From: a bacterium
GTDB lineage: Bacteria > Bacillota_I > Bacilli_A > Izemoplasmatales > UBA1188
Direction of reading: 5' to 3'
Assembly: GCA_017541975.1 (NCBI GenBank)
Contig: JAFXYB010000021.1
Coordinates: forward strand, 197-64,196
Length of the DNA stretch: 64,000 bases
Shown here: positions 1 to 9,296 of the stretch, piece by piece
Position numbering within the stretch: the stretch's first letter is position 1
Layout of the letters: each line of letters opens with the position of its first letter
Program-made: the position numbers and the translations under genes
Notes under the pieces: model-generated
What the model saw: only the letters and a program-made list of their open reading frames with translations
What the model was told of the DNA's origin: nothing
The model's database searches: none

Positions 1-32
1 ATATTTTTTAGTCATTTTTCTCAAAAATAAAA

Positions 33-72
33 AGAGCCTTACTCACAAATCAATAAATGAGTGTGCGGCTCT
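33..72 (-). terminator. Putative intrinsic terminator downstream of recG
   Basis: Imperfect inverted repeat agagcc (33-38) / ggctct (67-72) just past the recG stop, followed on the minus strand by a T-run (rc of 21-32). Confidence 0.4.
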
Positions 73-88
73 GATTTATCAACTGAAA

Positions 89-2059
89 TTAATCGAAATT
101 ATCACTTATAAGTTTTTTATCATAGAACTCTTTAATATTTTCTATATTAATGAGTTCTTTTGCATCTTTTTTAGCGTTGTTTAGAATATTTACGTCTCTG
201 AAAATATTTGCATAATCGAACTTCAACATTCCAGATTGTTCTGTGCCTAAGAAGTCACCAGGGCCTCTATCTCTTAAGTCCTGTTCACTGATTAAGAAAC
301 CATCTTGAGTTTCTTCTAAGATTTTTATTCTTTCAAGTGATTCCTTATTATCAACCATTAGGAATGAATAGCCTTCAAAGCTACCTCTTCCAACTCTTCC
401 TCTAAGTTGATGGAGGGTTGAAAGACCGAATTTATTGGCATCAATAATTACCATTACTGATGCATTAGGATTATCGATACCTACTTCTATTACTGTGGTT
501 GATGCAAGAATGTCGATACCACCTTCCATAAAATCATTTAATACTTTGTTCTTTTCTTCTTGAGTTAATTTACCATGAAGAAGGCCAATTCTTATATCAT
601 TACCATAGTATTTTAGAAGATCATCACGCATCTTTATGACGCTTACATATGATGATTCTTGGTCATCTTCTATGCAAGATGCCACAAAATATGCTTGTCT
701 CCCATCACTTATTTCACTCTTTACAAAATCGAGAACTTTTAAATAATCTTTGTAGGTATGTGCGAAAGTTTTAACACTCTTTCTTGAAGATGGAATGGTT
801 CTTATTTGTTCAAGAACCATATCATTAAAGAATGTGAGAGCGAGAGTTCTTGGAATCGGTGTTGCGGTCATATATAGGCAATCAGGATTATTACCTTTTT
901 CTCTTATTTTCTTTCTTTGTTCAACGCCAAATTTGTGTTGTTCATCACACACAACAAAACCAAGGTTTTTAAAGACTACTTCATCAGATATTAATGAATG
1001 TGTTCCTATGATGATATCGATATCACCTTTTTTTAGTGATTCAAGGATTTCTCTTCTTTCTTTAATCTTTGTTGAGGAAGTTAAAAGAGCGACTTTCGTA
1101 TCAAAATCAGATAAATATGATGTGAATGTTTTATAGTGCTGTGCTGCAAGTGCTTCAGTCGGAACCATTATTAAGCTTTGATAAGATGCGGTTTTAACTG
1201 CATAGGCACTTATTAAAGCTATAATTGTTTTACCGCTTCCAACATCTCCTTCTAGAAGCATATTCATAGGGATATTTGATGAAAGATATTTACATATATC
1301 GTTTACTGCCTTTTTTTGATCGTCTGTAAGTTCGAAATGAATACCTAGATATATGAATGATTTAATTTTTTCGAGATCATATTTTTTAGGTTCTTTTTTG
1401 AGTTCTGTTTGTTTTAGACGCATCAGTTCAAGTTTGATTGAAAATGATAATAATTCATAATACTTTAAGGCATTGATGGAATTTTTTATATCTTCTTCAC
1501 TTTTTGGATTATGAATATCTTTGAGGAGTTCTTTTCCTGTTTTATATCCGTATTTTTGATAATATGAAGAAGGAATTAATTCATCCTTTTTTTCGTAATA
1601 TTCAATCGCATTATTTACTATTTTATTGAAGTTGGCATTAGCGATGCCTTCGATATTATATTCTGGAAAGATGCCTTCCTTGAAATCTTTCAGATTAACT
1701 ATTTTTGATGCGTTGATTTCTTTATAGTCCTTGTTGTATTCACCGATGATTACGATTTCGCTACCAATGTGAAGGGTTTTACTTAGGTAAACCATATTAA
1801 ATACAGATACTTTGTAACTTAAATCATCAATGATGGTATTAAAGGTGATAATGGTATTTTTTGAGAGCTTTCTCATCTGTGGTTCATCGATGACTGTTGC
1901 CCGAGCATTCATAGTACCTTCATATAAGAAACCAGTTAATTTATAGATGGAATATTTTGATGGAAATGTATAAAGAAGGGATTTTACATCAGTAATCCCT
2001 TTTTCTAAAAGAATATTATAAACTTTTGGACCTACACCACTTATTTTCTTTAATTCCAT
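89..2059 (-). CDS. recG: ATP-dependent DNA helicase RecG
   Basis: 656-aa ORF with SF2 helicase Walker A GDVGSGKT, DEQH box (CDEQHKFGV), QLRGRVGRG motif and an N-terminal wedge/OB region. Sits next to a yloV-like gene as in Bacillus. Confidence 0.9.
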   Translation of the reverse strand: MELKKISGVGPKVYNILLEKGITDVKSLLYTFPSKYSIYKLTGFLYEGTMNARATVIDEPQMRKLSKNTIITFNTIIDDLSYKVSVFNMVYLSKTLHIGSEIVIIGEYNKDYKEINASKIVNLKDFKEGIFPEYNIEGIANANFNKIVNNAIEYYEKKDELIPSSYYQKYGYKTGKELLKDIHNPKSEEDIKNSINALKYYELLSFSIKLELMRLKQTELKKEPKKYDLEKIKSFIYLGIHFELTDDQKKAVNDICKYLSSNIPMNMLLEGDVGSGKTIIALISAYAVKTASYQSLIMVPTEALAAQHYKTFTSYLSDFDTKVALLTSSTKIKERREILESLKKGDIDIIIGTHSLISDEVVFKNLGFVVCDEQHKFGVEQRKKIREKGNNPDCLYMTATPIPRTLALTFFNDMVLEQIRTIPSSRKSVKTFAHTYKDYLKVLDFVKSEISDGRQAYFVASCIEDDQESSYVSVIKMRDDLLKYYGNDIRIGLLHGKLTQEEKNKVLNDFMEGGIDILASTTVIEVGIDNPNASVMVIIDANKFGLSTLHQLRGRVGRGSFEGYSFLMVDNKESLERIKILEETQDGFLISEQDLRDRGPGDFLGTEQSGMLKFDYANIFRDVNILNNAKKDAKELINIENIKEFYDKKLISDNFD

Positions 2060-2086
2060 CTTTTAAAGAAAAGACGCTATAAGCGC

Positions 2087-3742
2087 CTATTCTACCTCAA
2101 TAATATATGAATATATTTTTTGTCCACCATTTAAGGTTTGGAAACAAATTTCAGGATATAATTCCGATAGTGCTTCAACTTGTTCCTTTTCACTATCTTC
2201 TACTTGTTCACCATAGAAAATAGTAGCCATTGTTGATTCGCTTGAAATCATCTTTGATAAGAGTTCTTTTACTGTATCAACTCTTTCTTGGTTACTGCAA
2301 ACGATTGAACCATCGAGGATAGCAATAAAATCATTTTTCTTAATCTTTACGCCAGATGATACTGAATCTCTAATTGCGTATGTAACTTCACCAGATTTAA
2401 TAGATGCAATCTTTGACTCCATATCTTTTGCGATATCACGAGGGCTTTCACTTTGATCATAACACATCATAGCTGCATAGCCTTGAGAAAGGGTTTTTGC
2501 AGCGATGACAATAACGTGTTTATCGTTGATAAGAGCTTTTGCAGCTTTGGCAGAAAGATAAACGTTTTTGTTGTTTGGAATAACGAAGACATGTTCGGCA
2601 TTAACCTTTTCAATAGCATCTAAGAAATCTTGAGTTGATGGGTTCATAGTTTGACCACCATCGATGATTTCATCAACGCCAAGAGCTTTAAACATTTCTT
2701 TTAAGCCATCGCCATTAACAACAGCAACTACACCGTATTTGCTTCTTTCTACTTTCTTTTTGAGTGGTTTTCTAACCTTTTGAGCAACGAGTGAACTATT
2801 TTCTGCAGTTTGAATAGCCATATTGTCAGCTTTCACAGCACAAAGAGCACCATACTTTTGAGCGAATGAGAAAACATCGCCTGGAGTTTTTGTATGAATA
2901 TGAACTTTAACGATGTCATCGTTATTAACAACTACGATTGAATAACCAAAGAGTTCTAGTTTATTTGTAAAACTTTGTTTATCAAATTCTACATTTGGAT
3001 TAAGTCTGATGGTAAATTCTGTACAATAGCCATATTGATTTAATTCATAGAAGTCATAATCCATATAACTCTTTGTGTTTGTTTCTTTTTTATCAGTATT
3101 GCTTAATACTTCTTCAAATGTATGAGTTTCGCCTTTTAGATAGGCAACCATACCTTTAATTATAAAGACAAAACCAGCACCACCAGAGTCAACAACACCA
3201 GCTTCTTTTAATACAGGAAGTAAGAGTGGCGTTCTATCTAATGATTCAGTTGCTTCATTTAGATACGCTTCTGCGAGTTCTTCAATTGATGTAAATTTAT
3301 TTTTATTATCTTCAATTACTTTAGTAGCATCACTTACAACTGTGAGAATTGTACCTTCTACTGGTACAAGCACAGATTTATAAGCGTTGGCTTTTGATTT
3401 TGAGAATGCTTCAACAATTAAATCAATATCAGCTTCAGCTGATTTTGAATCTACGTTGGCAAGACCAGAGAAGATTTGTGATAGAATAACACCACTATTG
3501 CCTCTAGCACCAAAAAGTAATCCCCTTGAAAAAGTTCTAGCTACATCAGAGATTTTAGGGTTATCACTTAAAGATTGAATCTTTTTAATACCACTTAGCA
3601 TTGTTGAAAGCATTTTGCTACCTGTATCACCATCTGGTACAGGGAATACGTTTAGATCATCCACAGTCTTTTGATTTTCTTTTAAATAATATGCTGCGCA
3701 TACAAGCATATCGATAAACTGGTTTCCAGATATTTTTTCCAT
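2087..3742 (-). CDS. DAK2 domain fusion protein (YloV-like)
   Basis: ORF trimmed to MEKISGNQF (ATG at 3742), preceded by an AAAGAGGAG RBS. DhaL-type PDGDTG motif in the N-terminal half. Conserved position upstream of recG and divergent from rpmB. Confidence 0.85.
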   Translation of the reverse strand: MEKISGNQFIDMLVCAAYYLKENQKTVDDLNVFPVPDGDTGSKMLSTMLSGIKKIQSLSDNPKISDVARTFSRGLLFGARGNSGVILSQIFSGLANVDSKSAEADIDLIVEAFSKSKANAYKSVLVPVEGTILTVVSDATKVIEDNKNKFTSIEELAEAYLNEATESLDRTPLLLPVLKEAGVVDSGGAGFVFIIKGMVAYLKGETHTFEEVLSNTDKKETNTKSYMDYDFYELNQYGYCTEFTIRLNPNVEFDKQSFTNKLELFGYSIVVVNNDDIVKVHIHTKTPGDVFSFAQKYGALCAVKADNMAIQTAENSSLVAQKVRKPLKKKVERSKYGVVAVVNGDGLKEMFKALGVDEIIDGGQTMNPSTQDFLDAIEKVNAEHVFVIPNNKNVYLSAKAAKALINDKHVIVIAAKTLSQGYAAMMCYDQSESPRDIAKDMESKIASIKSGEVTYAIRDSVSSGVKIKKNDFIAILDGSIVCSNQERVDTVKELLSKMISSESTMATIFYGEQVEDSEKEQVEALSELYPEICFQTLNGGQKIYSYIIEVE

Positions 3743-4021
3743 AATTCTCCTCTTTGAAATTATGTGTTTTTTAAAGTGCACAAGAAAAAGCCGAAAATGC
3801 GGCATATTTTGATTTAAAACGCAAATATTAAACAATTTATAGAATTAAAAAATATACTATTTTTAATAAGCTAACGCATTATTTCTTGAAAAAAACACAA
3901 GTAATTATTGTAAAAATGAATTATTGTTAGTAAGTAAATCTTTTTTACTTACGTAAAAAGAATAGCACACTTAAAAAGAATAAACAAGAAAAAGTTATTT
4001 TTTGAGAATTAACAAAAATAT

Positions 4022-4052
4022 TTGTTTATAAATTAAATAAGTGTGATATAAT
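4022..4052 (+). promoter_or_regulatory. Putative rpmB promoter (extended -10)
   Basis: TGaTATAAT at 4044-4052 with a weak TTGTTT-like -35 near 4022-4029. An AGGAGG RBS lies 7 nt before the ATG at 4085. Confidence 0.45.
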
Positions 4053-4084
4053 TTAAAAGGCTATAAATTAAGGAGGTTCTCAAG

Positions 4085-4273
4085 ATGAGAGCATGCAGCG
4101 TCACTGGCGTTAAGTCAATGAAAGGTAATCAGAGAAGCCATTCACTCCACGCTACAAACAAAATCTGGAAAGCCAACCTTCAAAAGGTTAAAGTAGTTAA
4201 CGAAGATGGCACAGTTGAAAGAGTATATGTTTCAGCTAGAGCTATTAGAAGAGGAATGGTAAAGAGAGCTTAA
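4085..4273 (+). CDS. rpmB: 50S ribosomal protein L28
   Basis: 62-aa basic protein MRACSVTGVKSMKGNQRSHSLHATNK..., typical L28 N-terminus, strong RBS. Confidence 0.9.
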   Translation: MRACSVTGVKSMKGNQRSHSLHATNKIWKANLQKVKVVNEDGTVERVYVSARAIRRGMVKRA

Positions 4274-4285
4274 TCTCTATCTCAT

Positions 4286-4314
4286 AAAAAAACAAACCAC
4301 AGGTTTGTTTTTTT
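4286..4314. terminator. Bidirectional intrinsic terminator between rpmB and htrA
   Basis: aaaaaaacaaacc-aca-ggtttgttttttt perfect hairpin flanked by A-run and T-run between convergent genes. Confidence 0.7.
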
Positions 4315-4354
4315 ATTGCTTTTTATGGGTTTTATGCACACGTTTTGTGCTATT

Positions 4355-5599
4355 TTATCTCTTAAAAGTTATCTCTACAGTGACGATTTCACTTGTGATT
4401 TCACCAGTTTCTTCATTCTTTGTAGATCTAATTACTGAAACATTAATCTTATCGCCGACTCTATGAGACGAAAGAACTGATGATAGGTCTGGTGTTGATT
4501 CGATTGTCTTACCATCAGCTTCAACAATGATATCATTCTTTAGTAATATTCCTTCAGAAGATTTACCTTCTTCTACACCTTCTACAAGAACTCCAGATGT
4601 GACAGTATCAGGAACTAAATATTCTTCTCTTCCTGCTTGTGTTAAATCCTTTATACTTACTACTGTGATACCAAAGGAGATTTTGCCACTATAAGAACCA
4701 GTTGTTTTAATTTCTGAAAGAACTTCTTTTGCGACAGAAATTGGAATTGCGAAGTTTAAGCCTTCAATTTCACTTGATGTATATTTAACTGAGTTAATAC
4801 CAATTACTTCACCATTTAAGTTGAATAGCCCACCACCAGAGTTTCCTGAGTTGATAGCTGCATCATGTTGAAGATATGAAACTATTACATTAGTAACATT
4901 ATTTTCAATTAAGTGACGATCTTTTCCGCCAAGAATACCCATTGTAACTGAACCATAGAGGGTTTGACCTTTTGGATTACCAACCGCAATTACAATTTCA
5001 CCAATCTTAGATTCATCAGAATCTCCAAGTGTTGCAACACTATATTCTCTATCAGAATCAAAATATAATAGGGCAATATCAGTTGTTTTATCGCTGCCAA
5101 CTAAAGTTGCGGGGATATATGATTCATCTTTGAATGTTGCACGATATTTTGTGCCGCCTTCAACAACGTGTTCGTTTGTGAAAAAGTAATATCTATATTG
5201 TTTATTTTCATTAGTTAGTGTTTCTCTTAAATAGATTACGCCAGAACCTGTTGCATATGATATTTCTTCCCCAAGGGCATTTACTACCATTGTAGAAACA
5301 CCAATACTCACTTCTTGTGCACTAGATGCAACTCTTATGATTCTATTTTGGATTTCATCGATATCAACTGTTCCTTCGATGAATTCTTTTTTAACTTCTT
5401 CGTAGAGTTTATCGTATAATTCTCTTTCAACTTTATCGTAAACATCTGAATAGATTGAACTAACTATCTTGTTGTAATCGATTGTTGATTCTGGTTTTAG
5501 AGTTTCTGTACGCCCAATAGGGAAGAAACTACAACCAGTTAAAAGAAAAGAAATCATTACTAACATTATCAAAGATAATAATTTATTAAATCTTTTCAT
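4355..5599 (-). CDS. HtrA/DegP-family serine protease with PDZ domain, predicted lipoprotein
   Basis: Trypsin-like S1C core (HVV..., D, GNSGGGLF catalytic Ser motif) with a C-terminal PDZ domain. N-terminal signal with lipobox LLTGC. Confidence 0.85.
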   Translation of the reverse strand: MKRFNKLLSLIMLVMISFLLTGCSFFPIGRTETLKPESTIDYNKIVSSIYSDVYDKVERELYDKLYEEVKKEFIEGTVDIDEIQNRIIRVASSAQEVSIGVSTMVVNALGEEISYATGSGVIYLRETLTNENKQYRYYFFTNEHVVEGGTKYRATFKDESYIPATLVGSDKTTDIALLYFDSDREYSVATLGDSDESKIGEIVIAVGNPKGQTLYGSVTMGILGGKDRHLIENNVTNVIVSYLQHDAAINSGNSGGGLFNLNGEVIGINSVKYTSSEIEGLNFAIPISVAKEVLSEIKTTGSYSGKISFGITVVSIKDLTQAGREEYLVPDTVTSGVLVEGVEEGKSSEGILLKNDIIVEADGKTIESTPDLSSVLSSHRVGDKINVSVIRSTKNEETGEITSEIVTVEITFKR

Positions 5600-5600
5600 A

Positions 5601-6254
5601 TTAAACCTCCGGGTTCATAAATAACTGTAGATATGAATAGTATGTTTCTACGTAATTTGCTGCTTTAGTAATCGCAGAACCTACTACCGCTAAATCAGCA
5701 TATGGTTTTACAAGTTCATATGTATTCATATTGATTCCACCATCGACATTTATTAGATAGTGAAGATTATTTTTTTCTTTGTATTCTTTTAGATATTTTA
5801 GTTTATCTGTAGAAGAATCGATATATGATTGTCCGCCTCTTCCAGGCCAAACACTCATAATTAAAACCATATCAACATCCTTTAAATAAGGTTCAAGAAC
5901 CTGAACATCGGTTCCAGGGTTTATTGAGATACCAGCTTTTAAACCTTTACTGTGAATTAAATCAATGGTTTCTTTGATTCTTCCAACTTCATAGTGGAAA
6001 GTGATATAATTTGCACCAGCATCCTTATACTTATCAATTAAATCTATAGGATTTTCTACCATTAGATGGCAATCGATAATCGATCTTGGTGAAGAGATTG
6101 AACATCTTTTAACTATTTTTTCATCAAATGATGTTTCCTTTACAAACTTACCATCCATGATATCCATATGAAGAATTGGCGCAGCCAAAAGAGGTTTTAA
6201 AAAACCTTCTATATTATCTAAATTAGCATTTAAAATAGATAAATCAACAATCAT
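5601..6254 (-). CDS. rpe: Ribulose-phosphate 3-epimerase
   Basis: 217 aa with MDIMDGKFV, HLMV and VDGGI motifs. Follows rsgA as in Bacillus. Confidence 0.85.
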   Translation of the reverse strand: MIVDLSILNANLDNIEGFLKPLLAAPILHMDIMDGKFVKETSFDEKIVKRCSISSPRSIIDCHLMVENPIDLIDKYKDAGANYITFHYEVGRIKETIDLIHSKGLKAGISINPGTDVQVLEPYLKDVDMVLIMSVWPGRGGQSYIDSSTDKLKYLKEYKEKNNLHYLINVDGGINMNTYELVKPYADLAVVGSAITKAANYVETYYSYLQLFMNPEV

Positions 6255-6256
6255 TA

Positions 6257-7126
6257 TTACCTCTTAAAGAATTTTTCTTCTTCCTTAATCATTTGATAGA
6301 GTTTTAGATAATTATCATATCTTGATTTTAAGATTAAACCATCTTCAACTCTCTTTTTTACGATACAGTTTGGCTCATGAGTGTGTGTACACTCATTGTA
6401 TTTACACATGTTTAATACTTCTACAAATTCTGGATAACATTCCTTGAGATTGGTGGATTTAATGTGGGATAAATCAAGGCTTGAAAAACCAGGAGTATCA
6501 GCGATATAGAAGTTTTCTATTTTTATGAGTTCTGTGTGCCTTGTCGTATGCTTACCACGACCAAGTGCATCGCTTATATCTTGTGTTTTTAAGTTTAAGT
6601 CACTTCTTAAGGTATTTAGTAAGTGACTCTTACCTGCACCAGTTTGGCCTGATACCACTCCAATTTTATCATTAAGGAGGGCTAAAAATGAATCCTTCAT
6701 CACGATACCATCATAATTCGAGTAGAAAACATTATAATATTTTTCATAATATTTCATATTTTCATATAAATTCTTGATTTCTTCTTCACTACCGAGATCC
6801 ATTTTTGTGATTACGATTATTGGAGTAACGTTCTCTATTTCAACATTAATTAAGAACTTATCTAATAATTCGTAGTTGATATCTGGCCTTTTTAATGAGG
6901 TGATGATTATTACATAATCAACGTTGGAAATAAAGGGTCTTAAAAACGTATTCTTTCTTTCAAGAACCTTTACAATCATATCATCATTATATTCGACAAA
7001 ATCTCCAACCTTGATTGTTTCATCTAAATAGCGGAATTTACCACGTGGTTTAAGCACGCTTATATCACCGCTATTAGATATAACTGTATATTCGTTTGAG
7101 ATGTTTTTAATTATTCTTCCAATCAA
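6257..7126 (-). CDS. rsgA: Ribosome small-subunit-dependent GTPase A
   Basis: Circularly permuted GTPase with TKMDL (G4) before GQTGAGKSHLLN (G1), and a C-terminal zinc motif CKYNECTHTHEPNC. Confidence 0.85.
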   Translation of the reverse strand: MIGRIIKNISNEYTVISNSGDISVLKPRGKFRYLDETIKVGDFVEYNDDMIVKVLERKNTFLRPFISNVDYVIIITSLKRPDINYELLDKFLINVEIENVTPIIVITKMDLGSEEEIKNLYENMKYYEKYYNVFYSNYDGIVMKDSFLALLNDKIGVVSGQTGAGKSHLLNTLRSDLNLKTQDISDALGRGKHTTRHTELIKIENFYIADTPGFSSLDLSHIKSTNLKECYPEFVEVLNMCKYNECTHTHEPNCIVKKRVEDGLILKSRYDNYLKLYQMIKEEEKFFKR

Positions 7127-7128
7127 TA

Positions 7129-8262
7129 TTATTCACCAAGGTAAACGCCCATTGATCTTGCACATCTTAAGAGATCAGAATCTTCATCAACGTTCTTACT
7201 GCCACCTTTTGAAGTTTCACCCATTGGTCCGTTACCAACTACATCTTCTAGTGGAACAGTCACAAGCTTTTCACCACGGATGGCAACCATAACACCATAT
7301 TCTTTCTTTACGATTGTATCAACGGCATATGAACCATATCTAAATGATAAGATTCTATCAGAATAGTTAGTGTTACCGCCACGTTGAACATAACCGAGAT
7401 TTGTGCATCTAACTTCTTGATCAGTAACGTCTTTTAGTCTTTCTTCAAGTTCGTAAGCAATCTTTGTGCCGACACCACCAAGTTTAACGCTATCTGGGTA
7501 TTTTGTGTTTACTGTTGCAGTAACTTTACCATCAACGGCATGAGAACCTTCTGATACGCAGATGAGAGTTGATTTGAAACCATCTTTATATCTTTGAATT
7601 AAACGTTCAGTGATATGTTCGATGTTGTATGGTATTTCTGGGATAAGGATGATATCTGCATCACCAGAAAGGCCACCTTCAAGTGCTAACCATCCAGCAT
7701 GTCTACCCATAACTTCTAAAACCATAATTCTATTATGGCTGTAGCCTGTAGTCTTGATTGAACATAGTGCATCCGCAATTCTTTCTACTGCAGTTGAATA
7801 ACCAAATGTTTTATCTGTATATGGAACATCGTTATCGATTGTTTTAGGAATGCATACTACATTTACACCAAGTCTAGCAAAGTCTCTAGCACTTGTCATA
7901 GAACCATCTCCACCAACAACTACGAGTGCATCTACAGAATCGTTTTGTAGGTTCTTTACGGCAATTAATGAATCATCACGATAAGTGATTGTACCATCTT
8001 CTTGGAATATTCTTCTATGGAATAAGTTAGTTTTGTTTGAGTTCCCAAGAATTGAACCACCTTCATGGCCGATGTTTCTTACTGATGCATTGTCAAGTAA
8101 GACATAGTCGTTATAAAGTAATCCATCATAGCCCATTTTAAAGCCTAAAACTTGAATGTTTTTGCTGGAAGCTGATTTAACAACTGATTCAATAACTGCG
8201 TTTAAACCAGAGCAATCTCCTCCACTTGTGAGAATACCAATTCTTTTAATTGTTTCTGCCAT
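7129..8262 (-). CDS. pfkA: 6-phosphofructokinase (phosphoryl donor uncertain)
   Basis: Start trimmed to MAETIKRIG behind a GAGGTGGA RBS. Motifs GILTSGGDCSGLN, VVGGDGS, PKTIDND, MGRHAGWLAL. Confidence 0.85.
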   Translation of the reverse strand: MAETIKRIGILTSGGDCSGLNAVIESVVKSASSKNIQVLGFKMGYDGLLYNDYVLLDNASVRNIGHEGGSILGNSNKTNLFHRRIFQEDGTITYRDDSLIAVKNLQNDSVDALVVVGGDGSMTSARDFARLGVNVVCIPKTIDNDVPYTDKTFGYSTAVERIADALCSIKTTGYSHNRIMVLEVMGRHAGWLALEGGLSGDADIILIPEIPYNIEHITERLIQRYKDGFKSTLICVSEGSHAVDGKVTATVNTKYPDSVKLGGVGTKIAYELEERLKDVTDQEVRCTNLGYVQRGGNTNYSDRILSFRYGSYAVDTIVKKEYGVMVAIRGEKLVTVPLEDVVGNGPMGETSKGGSKNVDEDSDLLRCARSMGVYLGE

Positions 8263-8282
8263 AATTATATCCACCTCTTTTA

Positions 8283-9296
8283 TTATTTTACTTTACTTCT
8301 AAGCTGCCCACATGCAGCATCTATATCATCACCCATTTTATGTCTTAGGGTGACATTGATTCCTCTTTTTTTGAGTTCATCATAGAATTCATTAGAATTC
8401 TTTGATGTTTTATAGGAGAACTCATCAACGTGATTATAAGGAATCAGATTTACATAAGCATTGAGATTTTTGATTAAATCCGCAAGCTTATCGGCATAAA
8501 GCCTTGAATCGTTTATACCTTCTAGTAAGAGATATTCGAAGGTGATTCTCCTTCCGGTTTTATCGAAATAATATTTTACTGCCTCAATTATTTCTTCTAT
8601 TTTATATGCCTTATTTATCGGCATAAGAGTGCTTCTAAGTTCATTTGTTGGAGCGTGAAGAGAAATAGCGAGGTTAATACCTAAGTTTTCTTCTGCAAGA
8701 TCAAAGATCTTTGGGACAAGACCACAGGTTGAAAGGGTGATATGCCTGATACCTATTTCAAGACCTTTTGGTGCATTGATAATTTTCATAAACTTAATGA
8801 CATTATCATAATTATCAAGTGGTTCACCAGTACCCATGATGACGATGTGGCTAATTCGTTCATTTGCATCTAACATCGCTTTCATAATCATTGAAACCAT
8901 TTCTGATGCTTCAAGATTACGGGTTTTCTTCTTTAGGCCAGATGCACAAAATGAACATCCCATATTGCAGCCAACTTGCGAAGAGATACAAAATGAGGTT
9001 CCATATGGATGATGCATCAGTACGCCTTCAACTTTTGATAGGTCTTCAAACTCAAATAGATATTTGATGGTCGAATCACTGGATTCCTCTTTCACAATAA
9101 TTTTTGGAAGATCTAGTGAAAGATTTGATTCTAAATATGTTCTTAAATCTTTACTGATGTTAGACATATTTGAAAAATCTAATTCGAGCTTTTTATATAC
9201 CCAGTCATAGACCTGACTTGCATTAAATTTTTTATATCCGAGATTTATGAATAAATCTTCAAGTTCGGATATGGTGTAAGAATAGAAGGAATTCAT
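8283..9296 (-). CDS. rlmN: 23S rRNA / tRNA (adenine-C2)-methyltransferase RlmN
   Basis: Radical-SAM CNMGCSFCASG, a second conserved Cys region near the C-terminus (DIDAACGQL), 337 aa. Confidence 0.9.
   Translation of the reverse strand: MNSFYSYTISELEDLFINLGYKKFNASQVYDWVYKKLELDFSNMSNISKDLRTYLESNLSLDLPKIIVKEESSDSTIKYLFEFEDLSKVEGVLMHHPYGTSFCISSQVGCNMGCSFCASGLKKKTRNLEASEMVSMIMKAMLDANERISHIVIMGTGEPLDNYDNVIKFMKIINAPKGLEIGIRHITLSTCGLVPKIFDLAEENLGINLAISLHAPTNELRSTLMPINKAYKIEEIIEAVKYYFDKTGRRITFEYLLLEGINDSRLYADKLADLIKNLNAYVNLIPYNHVDEFSYKTSKNSNEFYDELKKRGINVTLRHKMGDDIDAACGQLRSKVK

Noticed and set aside
1-14. Possible start codon (rc atgactaaaaaatat) of a minus-strand gene running off the left edge
   Set aside because: Only 14 nt lie inside the window and the RBS is weak, so this cannot be supported.
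795-1136. Antisense ORFs inside long genes (for example 795-1136, 10530-10784, 13123-13395, 38411-38974, 40165-40767, 61445-61684)
   Set aside because: These are shadow ORFs on the opposite strand of well-supported conserved genes. Their composition is Ser/Leu/Phe-rich as expected from AT-rich antisense frames, and they have no RBS or family resemblance.
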